64,000 nucleotides of DNA from contig JBHGNT010000015.1 in assembly GCA_043228905.1 (NCBI GenBank), forward strand, positions 6,200,001-6,264,000. The letters are read 5' to 3'. The position numbers and the translations under genes are program-made. The first letter of the stretch is position 1. Every line of letters starts with the position of its first letter. Shown here piece by piece: positions 25,608 through 38,018 of the stretch. The notes below the pieces were generated by a model. It saw nothing but the letters and a program-made list of their open reading frames with translations. It had not been told where the DNA came from and did not search any database. Origin of the DNA: Azolla caroliniana (lineage: Eukaryota > Plantae > Polypodiophyta).

Positions 25608-25612
<5 letters not shown>
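25040..25612 (+). mobile_element. 3' fragment of a non-L1 LINE (RTEX/L2-like C-terminal Cys domain)
   Basis: RLSSHTLRCETGRW...RLCTLC...ESEYHTLIQC; 3' stem-loop AGGTCA-TATT-TGACCT followed by a microsatellite tail. Confidence 0.75.
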
Positions 25613-25649
<37 letters not shown>

Positions 25650-25798
25650 AACCACGATCTGCACTCTCAATTGCAACATTCATTGGTAAAGTTCTTGAAC
25701 ATCGAGAGTCGCTACTCACCTTCACACGTATAACGTGAAATGTAATATTTTTGGTCTCATAGGTCATATTTGACCTCCGAAGACGATAATATAATCTA

Positions 25799-25860
<62 letters not shown>

Positions 25861-26003
25861 CCACGATCTGCACTCTCGATTGCAACATTCATTGGTAAAG
25901 TTCTTGAACATCGAGAGTCGCTACTCACCTTCACACGTATAACGTGAAATGTAATATTTTTGGTCTCATAGGTCATATTTGACCTCTGAAGACGATAATA
26001 TAA

Positions 26004-26047
<44 letters not shown>
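25460..26047 (+). repeat. Three tandem copies of the ~150-bp LINE 3' end separated by (CT)n(CA)n microsatellites
   Basis: acaaccacgat.tgcactctc...gaagacgataatataatct repeated from ~25461, ~25648 and ~25857. Confidence 0.92.
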
Positions 26048-26051
<4 letters not shown>

Positions 26052-26794
26052 AATGGATTAGTATTAAATGGTTGCCTACTATCATTGTGTCAATAATCAC
26101 TTGTATGAGCTTGGAACTCCTATTTTTTTCCATAAAAATTATGCTCCATTGGTATTAAAATTAAAAAGGCCAGAGGCACTATACAAATAGAATATAATAT
26201 TTTCCATATCTACAAGTATATATCATCAAAGAAACGACCAAATATAAGTGATGGCATTTGGCAAGATAAGGATAATATAATTTATGAAAACAAATCTATT
26301 GCCAATAACACCTTTGCTATATATACCACATATAAAGGGGATATACTCGGGGACCCTACCATTAATCTCCCCATAACCATACTCAACATATATAAACAAT
26401 TCCCGTAGTCCAAGAGAATACATTTCTTGTTGGTAGTCATGCTCAACATACCCTGGTTGTCCACCCTGTTTGTTGGTAGTCCTGCGCAACATATATACCC
26501 TGTTTGTCCACAAGATATTGCTTTTGGCAAATTTTTGTACATCAAGGCTTTCTTCATTTGTTGCAGTTGAAGACACCAAAACAGTCCATGATGCACATGC
26601 CGCTTGAGGTAAAACATGATTGGCCGCCTTGGACAACCCCCATCTATCCTCTCCTATGTCGAAACGACCATGTCCTTCATCTCCACGATCATTGAAAATA
26701 TACTTGTATTGAATCTCCATACCATCAACACTCTAGTTTATCACAACCTTCACGTTCTCACAACAACCATGTGCGAGTTACACCACAATCATCT

Positions 26795-27762
26795 ACCCAC
26801 TCATGATAGTCGACTTCGACCCCCCACCATCTTCAATCATCCTTATCACAGAAGAAATTCTTCATTCAGTCCACATCAATCATCTCGCTGATTAACATCT
26901 TGCCAATGCCAATGTCCACGAAAATCCTGTGTTAATAACAAAAAATTAGTCCAAAAGTTTCGTCACCCACTCTTGATAGTCGGCTTCGACCCCCCCACCA
27001 TCTTCAGTCATCCTTATCACAGAAAAATTTCTTCATTCAGTTCACATCAGTCATCTCGTTGATTAACATCTTGCCAATGCCAATGTCCATGCAAATCCTG
27101 TGTTAATAACAAAAAAATAGTCCAAAAGTTTCATCACCCACTCCTGATAGTCAGCTTTGACCCCCCCACCATCTTCACTCATCCTTATCACAGAAAAATT
27201 TCTTCATTCAGTCCACATCAGCCATCTCGCCAATTAGCATCTTGCCAATGTCCTCGCAAATCCTATATTAACAAAAAAAATTAGTGTAAAAGTTTCCTCA
27301 CCCACTCATGATAGTCGGCTTCGACCTTCACACCATCTTCACTCATCCTTATCACAGGAAAAAAATTTCTTCGTTCAGTCCACATCAGCCATCTCGCCGA
27401 TTAGCATCTTGCCAATGTCCACGAAAATCCTGTATTAACAACAAAAAATTAGTCTAAAAGTTTCCTCACCCACTCATGATAGTCGGCTACGACCCCCCCA
27501 CCATCTTCCCTAATCCTTATCACAAAAAATAATTCTTCATTCAGTCCACATTAGCCATCTTGTCGATTAGCATCTTGCCAATGTCCATGGAAAACCTGTA
27601 TTAAAAACAAAAATTAGTGTAAAAGTTTCCTCACCCACTCATGATAGTCGGCTTCGACCCCCCCCACCATCTTCACTCATCCTTATCACAGAAAAATTTC
27701 TCCATTTAGTCCACATCAGCCATCTCGCCGATTAGCATCTTGCCAATGTCCACGAAAATCCC
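26795..27762. repeat. Tandem array, about 6 copies of a 165-171 bp unit
   Basis: acccactcatgatagtcggcttcgacccc... starts at ~26795, 26965, 27136, 27300, 27468 and 27633. Confidence 0.95.
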
Positions 27763-28671
27763 CATCAATCAGCTCACTGTCATCGAGTATCCCCAATAGC
27801 TTAAACCTACAGAAACAAACATGAGTGCACACTCTCCTCTCCTTATGAAAATCATTATCAGTCATCCCTATCTAAGGTAAAGCATCTGCTTTACTATCCG
27901 CACCAATCATATCGAAGATTACTGCCAGAAGCTTCTTTTATGAAAAGACTCTTGCTATGTGCCAGAATCACCTCTTCCATGTTGATTCATGTTGTGTGCT
28001 CTAAGGACGGTGCTGGTGGCGGGAACAACCAACGAGGTGGTATGTAATTCCACTTGACATTAGCCTCTGCATCCAACATGATAGGAATAGATGACCAAAC
28101 TCTTCTAATTCTCCTTCTTTTTCGACTAGTTGTGTTTCATGATCCCTTACAACTGTCATAATCACCTTTACCCATATGTACCAATAGGTCCCAGAAAGAC
28201 TTAACTTGTTCTACAACATGAGTATTTTCATCCTTGTATAGCTTGGAACACCTAACTTTCCAAAGAACCCATAAACCCAAAGAGGAAACAATTTGCCAAA
28301 CATAACTCCACGAGAAGAACTTGATTCCCTGCAAGGAACTTGAACTAGCATATACTTGAAAACTTCTCACATGTAAAGACAAAGAAGAATGCTGATAATG
28401 ATAAAAGGCCGTTTGTTGATCCAACATTCCTCAAAAGACTGCACCCCACATGAAGAAAGCCGAGGTATACTTACAACCTAAAAGCCTAAGAATTCGAAAC
28501 CAAAACCTTTTAGCAAACACACATTCCCAAAATACATGATGCAATGACTCAGATGCGAACCCACACATAACACATGACCGATCACACACTGAACCCCTCA
28601 ATAGTTCACCTACTGGCAATGCATAATGAATCATCAACCAACGAGAATGCAATATCTTATTCATACATTTA

Positions 28672-31600
28672 TGTAAACGTAAGTGTTTGCGGAAGCATAA
28701 AACAGAGAACAACACAGAGAGAGAGAGAGAGAGAGAGATAGAGAGAGAGTAGAACACAATTTCAAAATTATATTAAGACTCTGTACACACACTGTGCTAA
28801 GTAGCACTATTTATACAAGTCCTCTTGGGACTGACAGAAGTACCATGTACTTCAATGCTCACACGAGCATCTGACACTTACTACGAGACTATAGCTACCT
28901 AGTAGTCTATCCTGTACTAGGCTTTCGATTGGACTGCCGGTTACGGATTGCACCTGGCCTCCACTGCTTGCCGGTTCGGTTGCTCACCGTCATATCGATC
29001 CGTTTCGCTCACCGGCTCTGGCTTATTCATCCGATCCGGCTCCGGTTGAGCTTGCCGCTCAACACTCCCCCTCAAGCTCAACCTGAGGTGGGGTCGTAGT
29101 GTCGACCTCTGTGGCAGTCGGTTCTTCCAACCGACTTCTCTTGGCGTCACTCCGCCTTGCTCGCGCTCCTCGTCCGGTCCGGTCCCGTTTGCCGCGACCC
29201 CTTTGGTTCTGCGCGCCTCGACCCTCTCGGTCGGCATGTCTGCTCAATAGGCCCATCTCGGCACTCACGTTGCTGTGACTCCGGCGCTTGCCGATCCGTC
29301 GGTTCTCCCACGATGGCATCGACTTCCGCTGTGTCTGTGTCCCCTTGTCCTTCAGTCGATCCGACTCATCCGGATCCATCTGTTGGTCCGAGTCAGCTGT
29401 CTCCGACTCGTTCCAACTCTTGTCCGAATCGGTACACTCCGATTCGACTTCTGGCTTCAGGCCTCTCACCACATCGGACCACATCCGAGTCTTGGCCTTC
29501 TCCATGCTTCCCTCAACTTCTTCATCCGGTGAACCGAAATCGAATTCTTCATTCGACTCCGCATCATGGTCAGTACCGTCGTGATGACCTCCGCACAACA
29601 TGCACTTCTCTTCCTGAGTGCACAACTCTTCTTCACAGCCGCTTGCTCCGACCTGTTCGGATGTGTTGACTTCCTTCGTCGACTCGGCTTCATTCATCTT
29701 CTTGTCTCCTCTTCTTCCGGCTCTCCTCTTACCGACGGGTTCAACAGGTTTTTGGCCTTTGCCCGTTTTGGTAGAGACTTTGCCCTTGCTTCTCCCCCTC
29801 AAGTGCGGCACGTCGAGATTCTGAATACCAAGCATGTCGGTAAAGTGCTGCAACTTGTCCGATCCGAGCGGCTTGGTGAAGATGTCGGCAACTTGCCGAT
29901 CCGTATGAACATACCGTAGGTCAACTTCACCGCTCAGGACCCGCTCACGCACGAAGTGGTAGTGCACCTCAATGTGCTTTGTGCGAGCATGGAACACAGG
30001 GTTCCTGGCGAGCTGCAGGATGCTCATGTTATTGCAGTAAATCGGGATCGGGGTCGGTACCTCGATCCGCAAGTCTCACAGCAGTCGCCGAAGCCAGATG
30101 GCTTCACAAGTGGCAACGGTAGTGGCCCGGTACTCAGCCTCAGTGCTTGACAAAGCCGCTGTGGGCTGTTTCTTGCTGCTCCAAGCAACGGCCGCGCTAC
30201 CTATGGAGAACATGTATCCGGAAGTGGAGCGACGATCAGACGCATTGCCGACCCAGTCAGCATCTGTGTAACCGACAAGCTCTTCGGGTATACCTCGCCG
30301 GTATAGCAGTCCCCGGTCCTTAGTGTCGCTGACATACCGTAATATTCGTTGCACACACTGAAGGTGCTCCACGGTCGGCTTCTGCATGAACCGACTTACC
30401 ATGCCGACCGGATAGCTAATGTCGGGTCGGGTGATGGTTAAGTAGATCAGGCTTCCCACAACCTGTCGGAACTGTTTCTCATTGCAGGCCAGTCCGGAGT
30501 TGGGACGGAGCTTCTGGTTCCGGTCCAGGGGTGTGGAGACAGGTCGGCAATCCGTCATGCCGAACTTATACAACATATTCAACACGTAATGTCGTTGTGA
30601 GAGCAATATGCCGTCGGGGGTCCGGATCACTTCGATCCCAAGAAAATAATGAAGGTCCCCCAGGTCCTTCATTTCGAATGCGTCTGACAACTGGAACTTG
30701 ACGCGGTTGATTTCGGGAAGATCCGGTCCGGTGATGACTAAATCATCCACATACAAGAGTATACATACCGGACCATCAGAGCCTTGCCGGATGAATAACG
30801 AAGAGTCCGACTTAGAGACAACAAACCCCAGCTTACGCAACCGGTGCGTGATCTTCGCGTTCCAAGCTCGGGGGGCTTGCTTCAAGCCGTAAAGCGACTT
30901 CTTCAGCCGGCATACCGCCGACTTGTTCATCTCCGAGTGAAATCTAGGGGGCTGAGTCATAAAGACTTCTTCTTCAAGCTCTCCTTGAAGGAAGATGTTC
31001 TTCACATCCATCTGGTGAAGATGCCACCCCCTTGCCGCAGCAACCGCCAGTACCACACGAACCGTCGTCATCCTCGCCACAGGAGCAAAGGTCTCATCGT
31101 AGTCGATTCCGTGGGTCTGCGCATATCCCTTCGCCACTAACCGGGCTTTGTACCGGTTAACAGAACCGTCGGCGTTGTACTTGACCTTGTACACCCATTT
31201 GCATCCGATCGGTTTACAGTGACGGGGAGGATCAACTAGGTCCCAAGTTTCGTTGGCATCGAGGGCCCGCATTTCTTCGTCCATAGCGGTACGCCAATTT
31301 GCGTCCTTTGCCGCTTCTGCGTAGCTCTCCGACTCACGCACTTCTGTTACCTTAGTCATGTACGCATAATGATGCGCCATGTATTCATTGTACCCGTACC
31401 GCATGACGGGATCCTTCTGGCGGGTTGATCGGCGCAACGCACCGTCACCTGATTTGAGGCCTTTCTTGGACAGTTCGGTCTTTGTTGCCGAAGATCCGCC
31501 TTTCTCCTTTCCGGAGTCGGATACGCACCGATCCGACTCATCGTTGCCGGTTTCGAATTCCAACATCTTCCTCTTCCCCTTCTCTTTGCGCGTGAACCGT

Positions 31601-34234
31601 TTCCTCGGTGCCTTGCGCGGGGAGAGTATGGCAGAGTCTCCACCACTTGCCGTCTCTTCATCCGACTGGTCCAACCGACTCAGTCGCCCGTTCGGTCCAC
31701 TCAACCGTAACGATTCCGGACTCTCATCTTGAGTCCTGGCTCCATCATCCTCTACCAGGGCTGATTCAGGCTCACTGGCCTGATCTTCCGGCATTGGGTC
31801 GGGATCGGAAGTCGGAGTCGGTACGGAGTACCAAGATGCCGATTCATCGAACTCGACATCCCGGCTAACTCGGGCTTCCTTCGTCCGGGGGTTATAACAC
31901 TTATACCCCTTTTGCTCTTGAGCATAGCCAACTAGGATGCATTTTTCCGATTTTGCATCCAACTTTCTCCGCTTCTGATCCGGCACATGCACATACGCTA
32001 TGCTGTCGAATATCCGAAGGTGTCTTAAGTTCGGCTTGCGCCCGAAATATAGCTCATGAGCTGACACCTTGTCACCAATTCGGTTTTGTATGTAGACGGC
32101 CGTTTGGACCGCCTCCGCCTAGTAGAACCGGGGCATGCTCTTTTCCTCCAGCATTGCCCTTGCCGTTTCGACGAGTGTCCGGTTCTTCCTTTCGGCCACA
32201 CCGTTTTGCTCCGGTGTGTATCTGTAGCTGAACTCTCGCCGAATTCCCTTTTGCTGCAGATAACTAGTGAATTGGTCGGAAAAATATTCCTTTCCGCCAT
32301 CCGACCGAAGGCATTTGATCTTCCTCTCCGATTCCCGTTCCACCATCTTCTAGAGGTTCCGGAAACAGTCGAAGACTTCGGTCTTCCGTTCAATGAGGTA
32401 GATCCAAGTATGTCGAGTATGGTCGTCGATGAAGGAGACGAAGTATCGGCTCCCGCCAAGGCTTACACTTTGTGCCGGTCCCCACACATCCGAATGGATA
32501 AGATCGAGCTTGTTACAGCTCCGGTTCCGTTCGGTGGGGAATGGAAGCCGGTGTTGCTTCCCAAGTTGGCAGGCTTCACAAATTTCGGCTCTCCGGCCGC
32601 TGAACTTCGGCAAACTGAAAACGACTTGTTTCGTTTGCAGGTCTTGAAGCCTCCGGTAGTTGACGTGGCCTATCCGCTTGTGCCACAGGTCGATGTCCGA
32701 CTCAACCTTCTGTCGTTCCGCGAACAGAGTGGTGCCTAAGTCATTGGTGTTGAGGATAAACATCCTCCCGTCTTTGCGCCCTTGCGCAATGACTTCGCCC
32801 TCATCCTCAATGAAGCACCCGAGGTGCGTAAACCGCACCTGCATCCCCTGGTCGACAATCTGACCGACGGACACCAGGTTCTTCGTGATTGTCGGAACGT
32901 GTAATACGTTCATCAGCTTCCCTTTCTGTCCGACGTGGCTTAGAGGGACTTCTCCGACGTGCACGATTGGGTGAGGAGTGTCGTCTCCGGTTTTGACTAC
33001 TCCTGGTTGATCCGGTTTCTCCAGAAAGGAGAACCACTCTTTGTGGCTCGTCATGTGGTTCGATGCGCCGGAATCAACATACCACACTTCCTCCGTTTTG
33101 GAAGTGGTCTTCTTCATTGAGTTTGCCTTGTGATTCATCACCAAGGCTGGCCCCTTACCGGCCTTTCAGGTTCCGGATCCTCCTGATCCGTTTGCGTAGT
33201 GCGAGTTTTGCCGGCCATCCTTACCGGTCTTGCCGGATCCGGATTTGTCTGAATTGGCACGCTTTCTCCAGCACTCGCTTTCCCTGTGGCCTTTTTTGCC
33301 ACAGTACCAACATTCCGTAGCAGATTTGTCTTGCCGGCCTCTGGCACTGCCTTGACTCCCCCTGCTTGTGGAAGTCCCAGAACTGCTGTCGGCACGCTCA
33401 TAGTGCCTCCGTTCCTGCTCTTGCCGGCCGCCTCTATTGCGTGCCGACCCACCTCTTCCACCACGCCCATGGAGCCGATCTGTTCCCGTGTACAACATTT
33501 GGCTGTCTGGGGATGCACTAGTAGATGCACCGGCGTGGTTCTCATCTACAAGGAGCATCGACTGTAAGTCGAAGAATGAGGGGGTATTCTCCCTTGTACA
33601 CACCGTAGTCCGGAACGCTCCGAACTTGGACGCCAGGCCTCCGAGACATACCTGCACCATCTCGTCTTCCTCTACGGTAACATTGATAGAGGCGAGCGAG
33701 TCGCAGATCTCCTTTATCCGGCCCGTGTAGTCTGCCACAGACATGTTCTTCTGTCGAACATTGCGCAACTCCTGTCTAAGTTGCAGCTTCCGGGCAGTGG
33801 TGCTTGCGGCGAAAACCTTTCTCAGGTTCCCCCAAGCATCCTTCGGTGTCTTGGCGTCACGGATGTGGCTCAGCAGCTGATCGCCGACACTAGACGCAAA
33901 GCAGTACATCACCCTGCTTGCCGCCTGTTCCCATACCGGGAAGTCCTTGTGTGCCGAGTCTGGCGCCGCATCATTCGCTCCTTCGACATAACTCCAGTAC
34001 CCGTGTCCAAGCAGGTACTGGTGCATCTTGTAAGACCAGGATGCGTAGTTGCTCCTGTCGAGCTTCTCCACCGGGAGCGACGTAGCCATGCCTCTATCCA
34101 TGTCTTCTACTGTGTCTGTTTTCGACCTGTTAGGGTTTTCTTCTCAAGAGTAAATGTCTGCAGCAGAGGTTCTCAACCCTCGCGCTCTGATACCATGTAA
34201 ACGTAAGTGTTTGCGGAAGCGTAAAACAGAGAAC

Positions 34235-34291
<57 letters not shown>

Positions 34292-34602
34292 ACACAATTT
34301 CAAAATTATATTAAGACTCTGTACACACACTGTGCTAAGTAGCACTATTTATACAAGTCCTCTTGGGACTGACAGAAGTACCATGTACTTCAATGCTCAC
34401 ACGAGCATCTGACACTTACTACGAGACTATAGCTACCTAGTAGTCTATCCTGTACTAGGCTTCCGATTGGACTGCCGGTTACGGATTGCACCTGGCCTCC
34501 ACTGTTTGCCGGTTCGGTTGCTCACCGTCATACCGATCCGTTTCGCTCACCGGCTCCGGCTTATTCAGCCGATCCGGCTCCGGTTGAGCTTGCCGCTCAA
34601 CA
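28672..34602 (-). mobile_element. Ty1/copia LTR retrotransposon A, full length
   Basis: LTRs 28672-29064 and 34196-34602; TSD ATTTA; PBS TGGTATCAGAGC (tRNA-iMet) at 34195-34184; PPT next to 29065. Confidence 0.97.
29059..34101 (-). pseudogene. Copia A gag-pol polyprotein: single frame with 4 in-frame stops and a C-terminal extension
   Basis: CWYCGKKGHRESEC zinc knuckle, WYVDSGAS protease, HKRIGH/CEAC and DVWGP integrase, YVDD RT, DADW RNaseH; stops at 33166, 32350, 32119 and 30076, all in one frame. Confidence 0.93.
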
Positions 34603-36089
34603 ATTTAGTTACCCAAAAACGTTTCCAAAACATCCACATATGAGACGACGAGACATTACCTTCCTCCCAATACTGTTTTCCCGTTGGGACCGACTCGGTT
34701 TGATTCAACATAAAGTTTCTACCCAACGCCACCGAATATGAGAAGAATGGAAGGATCTTATTCGCTGTGTCAGACATGGACAATTTCCAACCATAATTTG
34801 ATGGGTTCCACTGTAGATCGACAAGTGGCCTAGAGTGTAAAACCCAAATATGAGATGAATAGTTAGCATTTAACGAACTAGGATCGATCAATTCTTTATT
34901 ATCTAATCTAGCAATTACTCTCACTGGCAACTGCTTTGCATCGAACATAATTGGAGACTCCTCCACCACTAATATCAATCTACCATTGTCCAAAACTTCA
35001 TAACAATAAAAATTGCCATTATGATGATATAAACGAGCTCCTATAAGTATATTAAATGTCGAAAACATACCGTACCACCTTTGAAAATGATCAAACTGCA
35101 AAGTTGGTAGTGTGATCTGATACACCATGGACAATTGCGAGAACACTATCCTTGCCCCTCTTAAATTAGACAACATATTGTTTTGGTCGTGTGCTGAAGT
35201 TTGTAAAAACTTTATCCAATCCGCAACTGTATGGGTTGGCCCACTATCCATTGCCGCCCAAGATAACCTCGGTCGTAGACCCAAAACACATACATCTTCA
35301 TTAGTAAATAAAGGATTCCATATCAAAGGTTGATGCATGAATTGATGATAATCTTTCGGTGGCAAGAAAACAAGTGCTTGCCGAAGACTTTCCCATGCCT
35401 GAAAAATTCCACTAAAGAAACATAATGATCCAACATTGGACTTAGGTAATGGAAAATCGGAATTAAAAAACCACCTAAGACTATCATGCTATTGCCCTCC
35501 TACTGAGGTCTTGACCTTATGTAAGTGCTGAATCCATAACTCATCTCTTGGCAATAAACTCCTAACAACATGTTTAGCAATTAAGGCTTTACTTTGCATA
35601 AAAGGATCAATCAAACCTAGACCTCCTTTCTATTTAGATTGTATAAGAACCGACCAAGCTACCTTTGCTACAGAATTGTCTGCAATAGTGTTCTTCCAAA
35701 TGAAATTACATACTAGGCGTTGAACTTTAAGCATTATTGACCTAAAAAACAGCCATGTAGATGCTATATACCAAATCGAAGACAAGAGCACTGGGTTAGC
35801 TACAACTACACGTCTTGCTAAGGATAACTTCTCCTTGTTCCAATATATTAACTTGTTCCTTAATGTTAACTATAAGGGTGCAATCATATCCTTTGCATTT
35901 AAACCCAAACCCACTCTACAACCTAAATATCTAATGGATTGACCATGAGGTATCCATGTAAAACCTGAGGTAGGTATATTAACTGGCGGATCTCCCGAAG
36001 TGATCCAAAAACCTGATGATTTATCCCAATTTATCAATGCTCCGGATGCATGTGAGAAATCATGTGAGAAATCCCAATTTGGTGGCATT

Positions 36090-38018
36090 CGTTCTTACAT
36101 TATGGCATCTTGATGTGTGGTAGAGGTCATTATGTATTTTTTCAACTAGGTTTGAAGAAGTGGGGTTTGCTAAATATCTTTGCACCGAATCATGCAAGAG
36201 ATAGAATGATATTATGGAAGAATATAATATCATAGTTACCGGCTACTGACCATTGGGCAATTGCGGGTGACTTTAATATGTTAGAGGATGTGTGTGATAG
36301 GTTAGGAGGCACATCACAAACATCATCCGACACAGAATTATATGAATGGGAACGTTTGATTTTTTCTTTGGACTTAATGGACTTGTGGCATGTGCCTTCT
36401 TTTGTAAGGATACAAGATTCGTTAGCTTACTCAAGGTCAAATAGAAGAGAAGCACATACCAATTTATCTAGGTTAGATAGATTTTATGTTGATAAGTTTT
36501 TATGGGACAAAGGAGGTTCCATTGGAATCATACCTTCATTTTCCTTTTCTGATCATGCACCACTTCGTTTAGTTATAATATTGCAGGAACATTACAAAAT
36601 TTCTAGGTTTAGAATTCCAAATCATGTGTTTCTTAGTCAAGAGTGTGCTCCTACTGTACATAATATTTGGAATAAATATGACTATTCTTATGATTATGCA
36701 CTATCTAGTGTTTAGAAGGCTCTTGGTGAAATACAACAAATTTTCCATTTTAAGGCTAAACAAATATTCTATGCGTCTTTTACTAAAATAGGAAGACTTC
36801 ATAGGGGATTGAGGTCCTTGCAACATCTGCAAGAAAAAAGACCATATTCAAGTTATATAAGTTCCTGAATGGTACAACTAGGGAATCAGATATTGGAATT
36901 AGAAAATATTTCCGTTGATTTTAATTATCATAATATATCATCTACATGGGCAGAATCGGGAGATAAAGTCAATAAAATGTTCTTTGCAGTGCATAATCAT
37001 CATAAGTCAATTGTTAGGATTTCTCGGTTAAAATGTCCTGACAGTTCTTATACCACTGATCCTAATCAGATGCGTCAAATAGCCTCTGATTATTATGAGA
37101 CTTTATTGAAAACTAGATCCTTTTCTGGGGATGATTTAGTTAAAAGGGACATCATATGGTCAAGGGTTCATAACAGGGTGTCGGTACAACTTTCAGAATG
37201 TCTTTTGCAACCTTTAAGTTCTCAAGAGATTCTTAAAGCAGTAAAAGCCCTTGCAAAGGATGTTTGTCCTGGATTGGATTGGATGGGAGTCCAATGGTTT
37301 ATACAATATTGGGATTTGATAGGTGATGGCCTTACCAAAGCTTATCAACAGATCTTAGACTTAGGAAATATGCCACAAGAATGGACTGAGGGGTTAATCT
37401 ATATGATTCCTAAAACAAATGGACAGTTAGAAGAACTTCGTCATGGGAGACCAATTACTTTGTTGAATGTTATTTATAAGATATTAGCAAAAACGATAGC
37501 TAGAAGGTTACAACCTTATCTTCTGGAGCTAATTCATGATTCCCAAACCGGTTTTATGAAAGGGCGAAGTATTTTTGACAATATTATTCTTTTTTGGGAA
37601 ATGGTGGCATTTGCTGAATTACATAAGCAAGATCTAGCAGTGTTATTTCTTGATTTTGAAAAAGCTTATGATAGAGTGGACTGGGATTTTATGGAGGGAA
37701 CATTGCTTAGGATAGGTTTTCCCAATACATGGATACGAGGAGTGTCAACATTATATTGTCATGCACATAGTTCTCTTTTATTTGCAAGGGATATTGGTAG
37801 GCGGTTTTCTATTTCAAGATTCGTGCGTCAGGGATGTCTACTTGCTCCCTTTCTGTTTTTATTAGTATCTGAAGCATTTTTAGTACGTCTAAATTCTCAA
37901 GATGTAAATATTAAAGGTTTAACACTATTTGTGGAAAATGCGGGCGTGGATAGTGAGTTTGTTGATGATATAGCTCTATATGTTGCAGCCTCACAAGTTA
38001 ATTTGTTACATGTACAAA
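36090..38018 (+). pseudogene. L1 ORF2 endonuclease-RT segment (the inverted 5' part)
   Basis: GDFN, SRLDRFY, SDHAP (APE endonuclease); RPITLLNVIYKILAK, LDFEKAYDRV, VRQGCLLAP, FVDD (RT). Confidence 0.9.

Larger units (their letters stand above)
26122..38018 (-). mobile_element. L1-clade LINE with inverted 5' segment and long 3' tail, interrupted by Copia A
   Basis: 15-bp TSD GAGCTTGGAACTCCT at 26107-26121 and 38019-38033. Minus-strand ORF2 3' half (ASGALINWDKS at ~36050; zf-RVT CVMC..ESLHHVFWEC at ~28550). Plus-strand EN-RT segment at 36090-38018. Confidence 0.88.

Noticed and set aside
26795-27762. CRISPR-like array
   Set aside because: The whole unit repeats with no unique spacers, and the context is eukaryotic with no cas genes.
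33145-33168. Programmed gag-pol readthrough at the TGA in Copia A
   Set aside because: The element has three other nonsense codons, and the related element B has no stop at the equivalent position.
28941-34200. Many antisense and overlapping ORFs in Copia A (likewise 56819-61437 in D)
   Set aside because: Expected shadow ORFs in GC-rich coding DNA; no recognisable domains.
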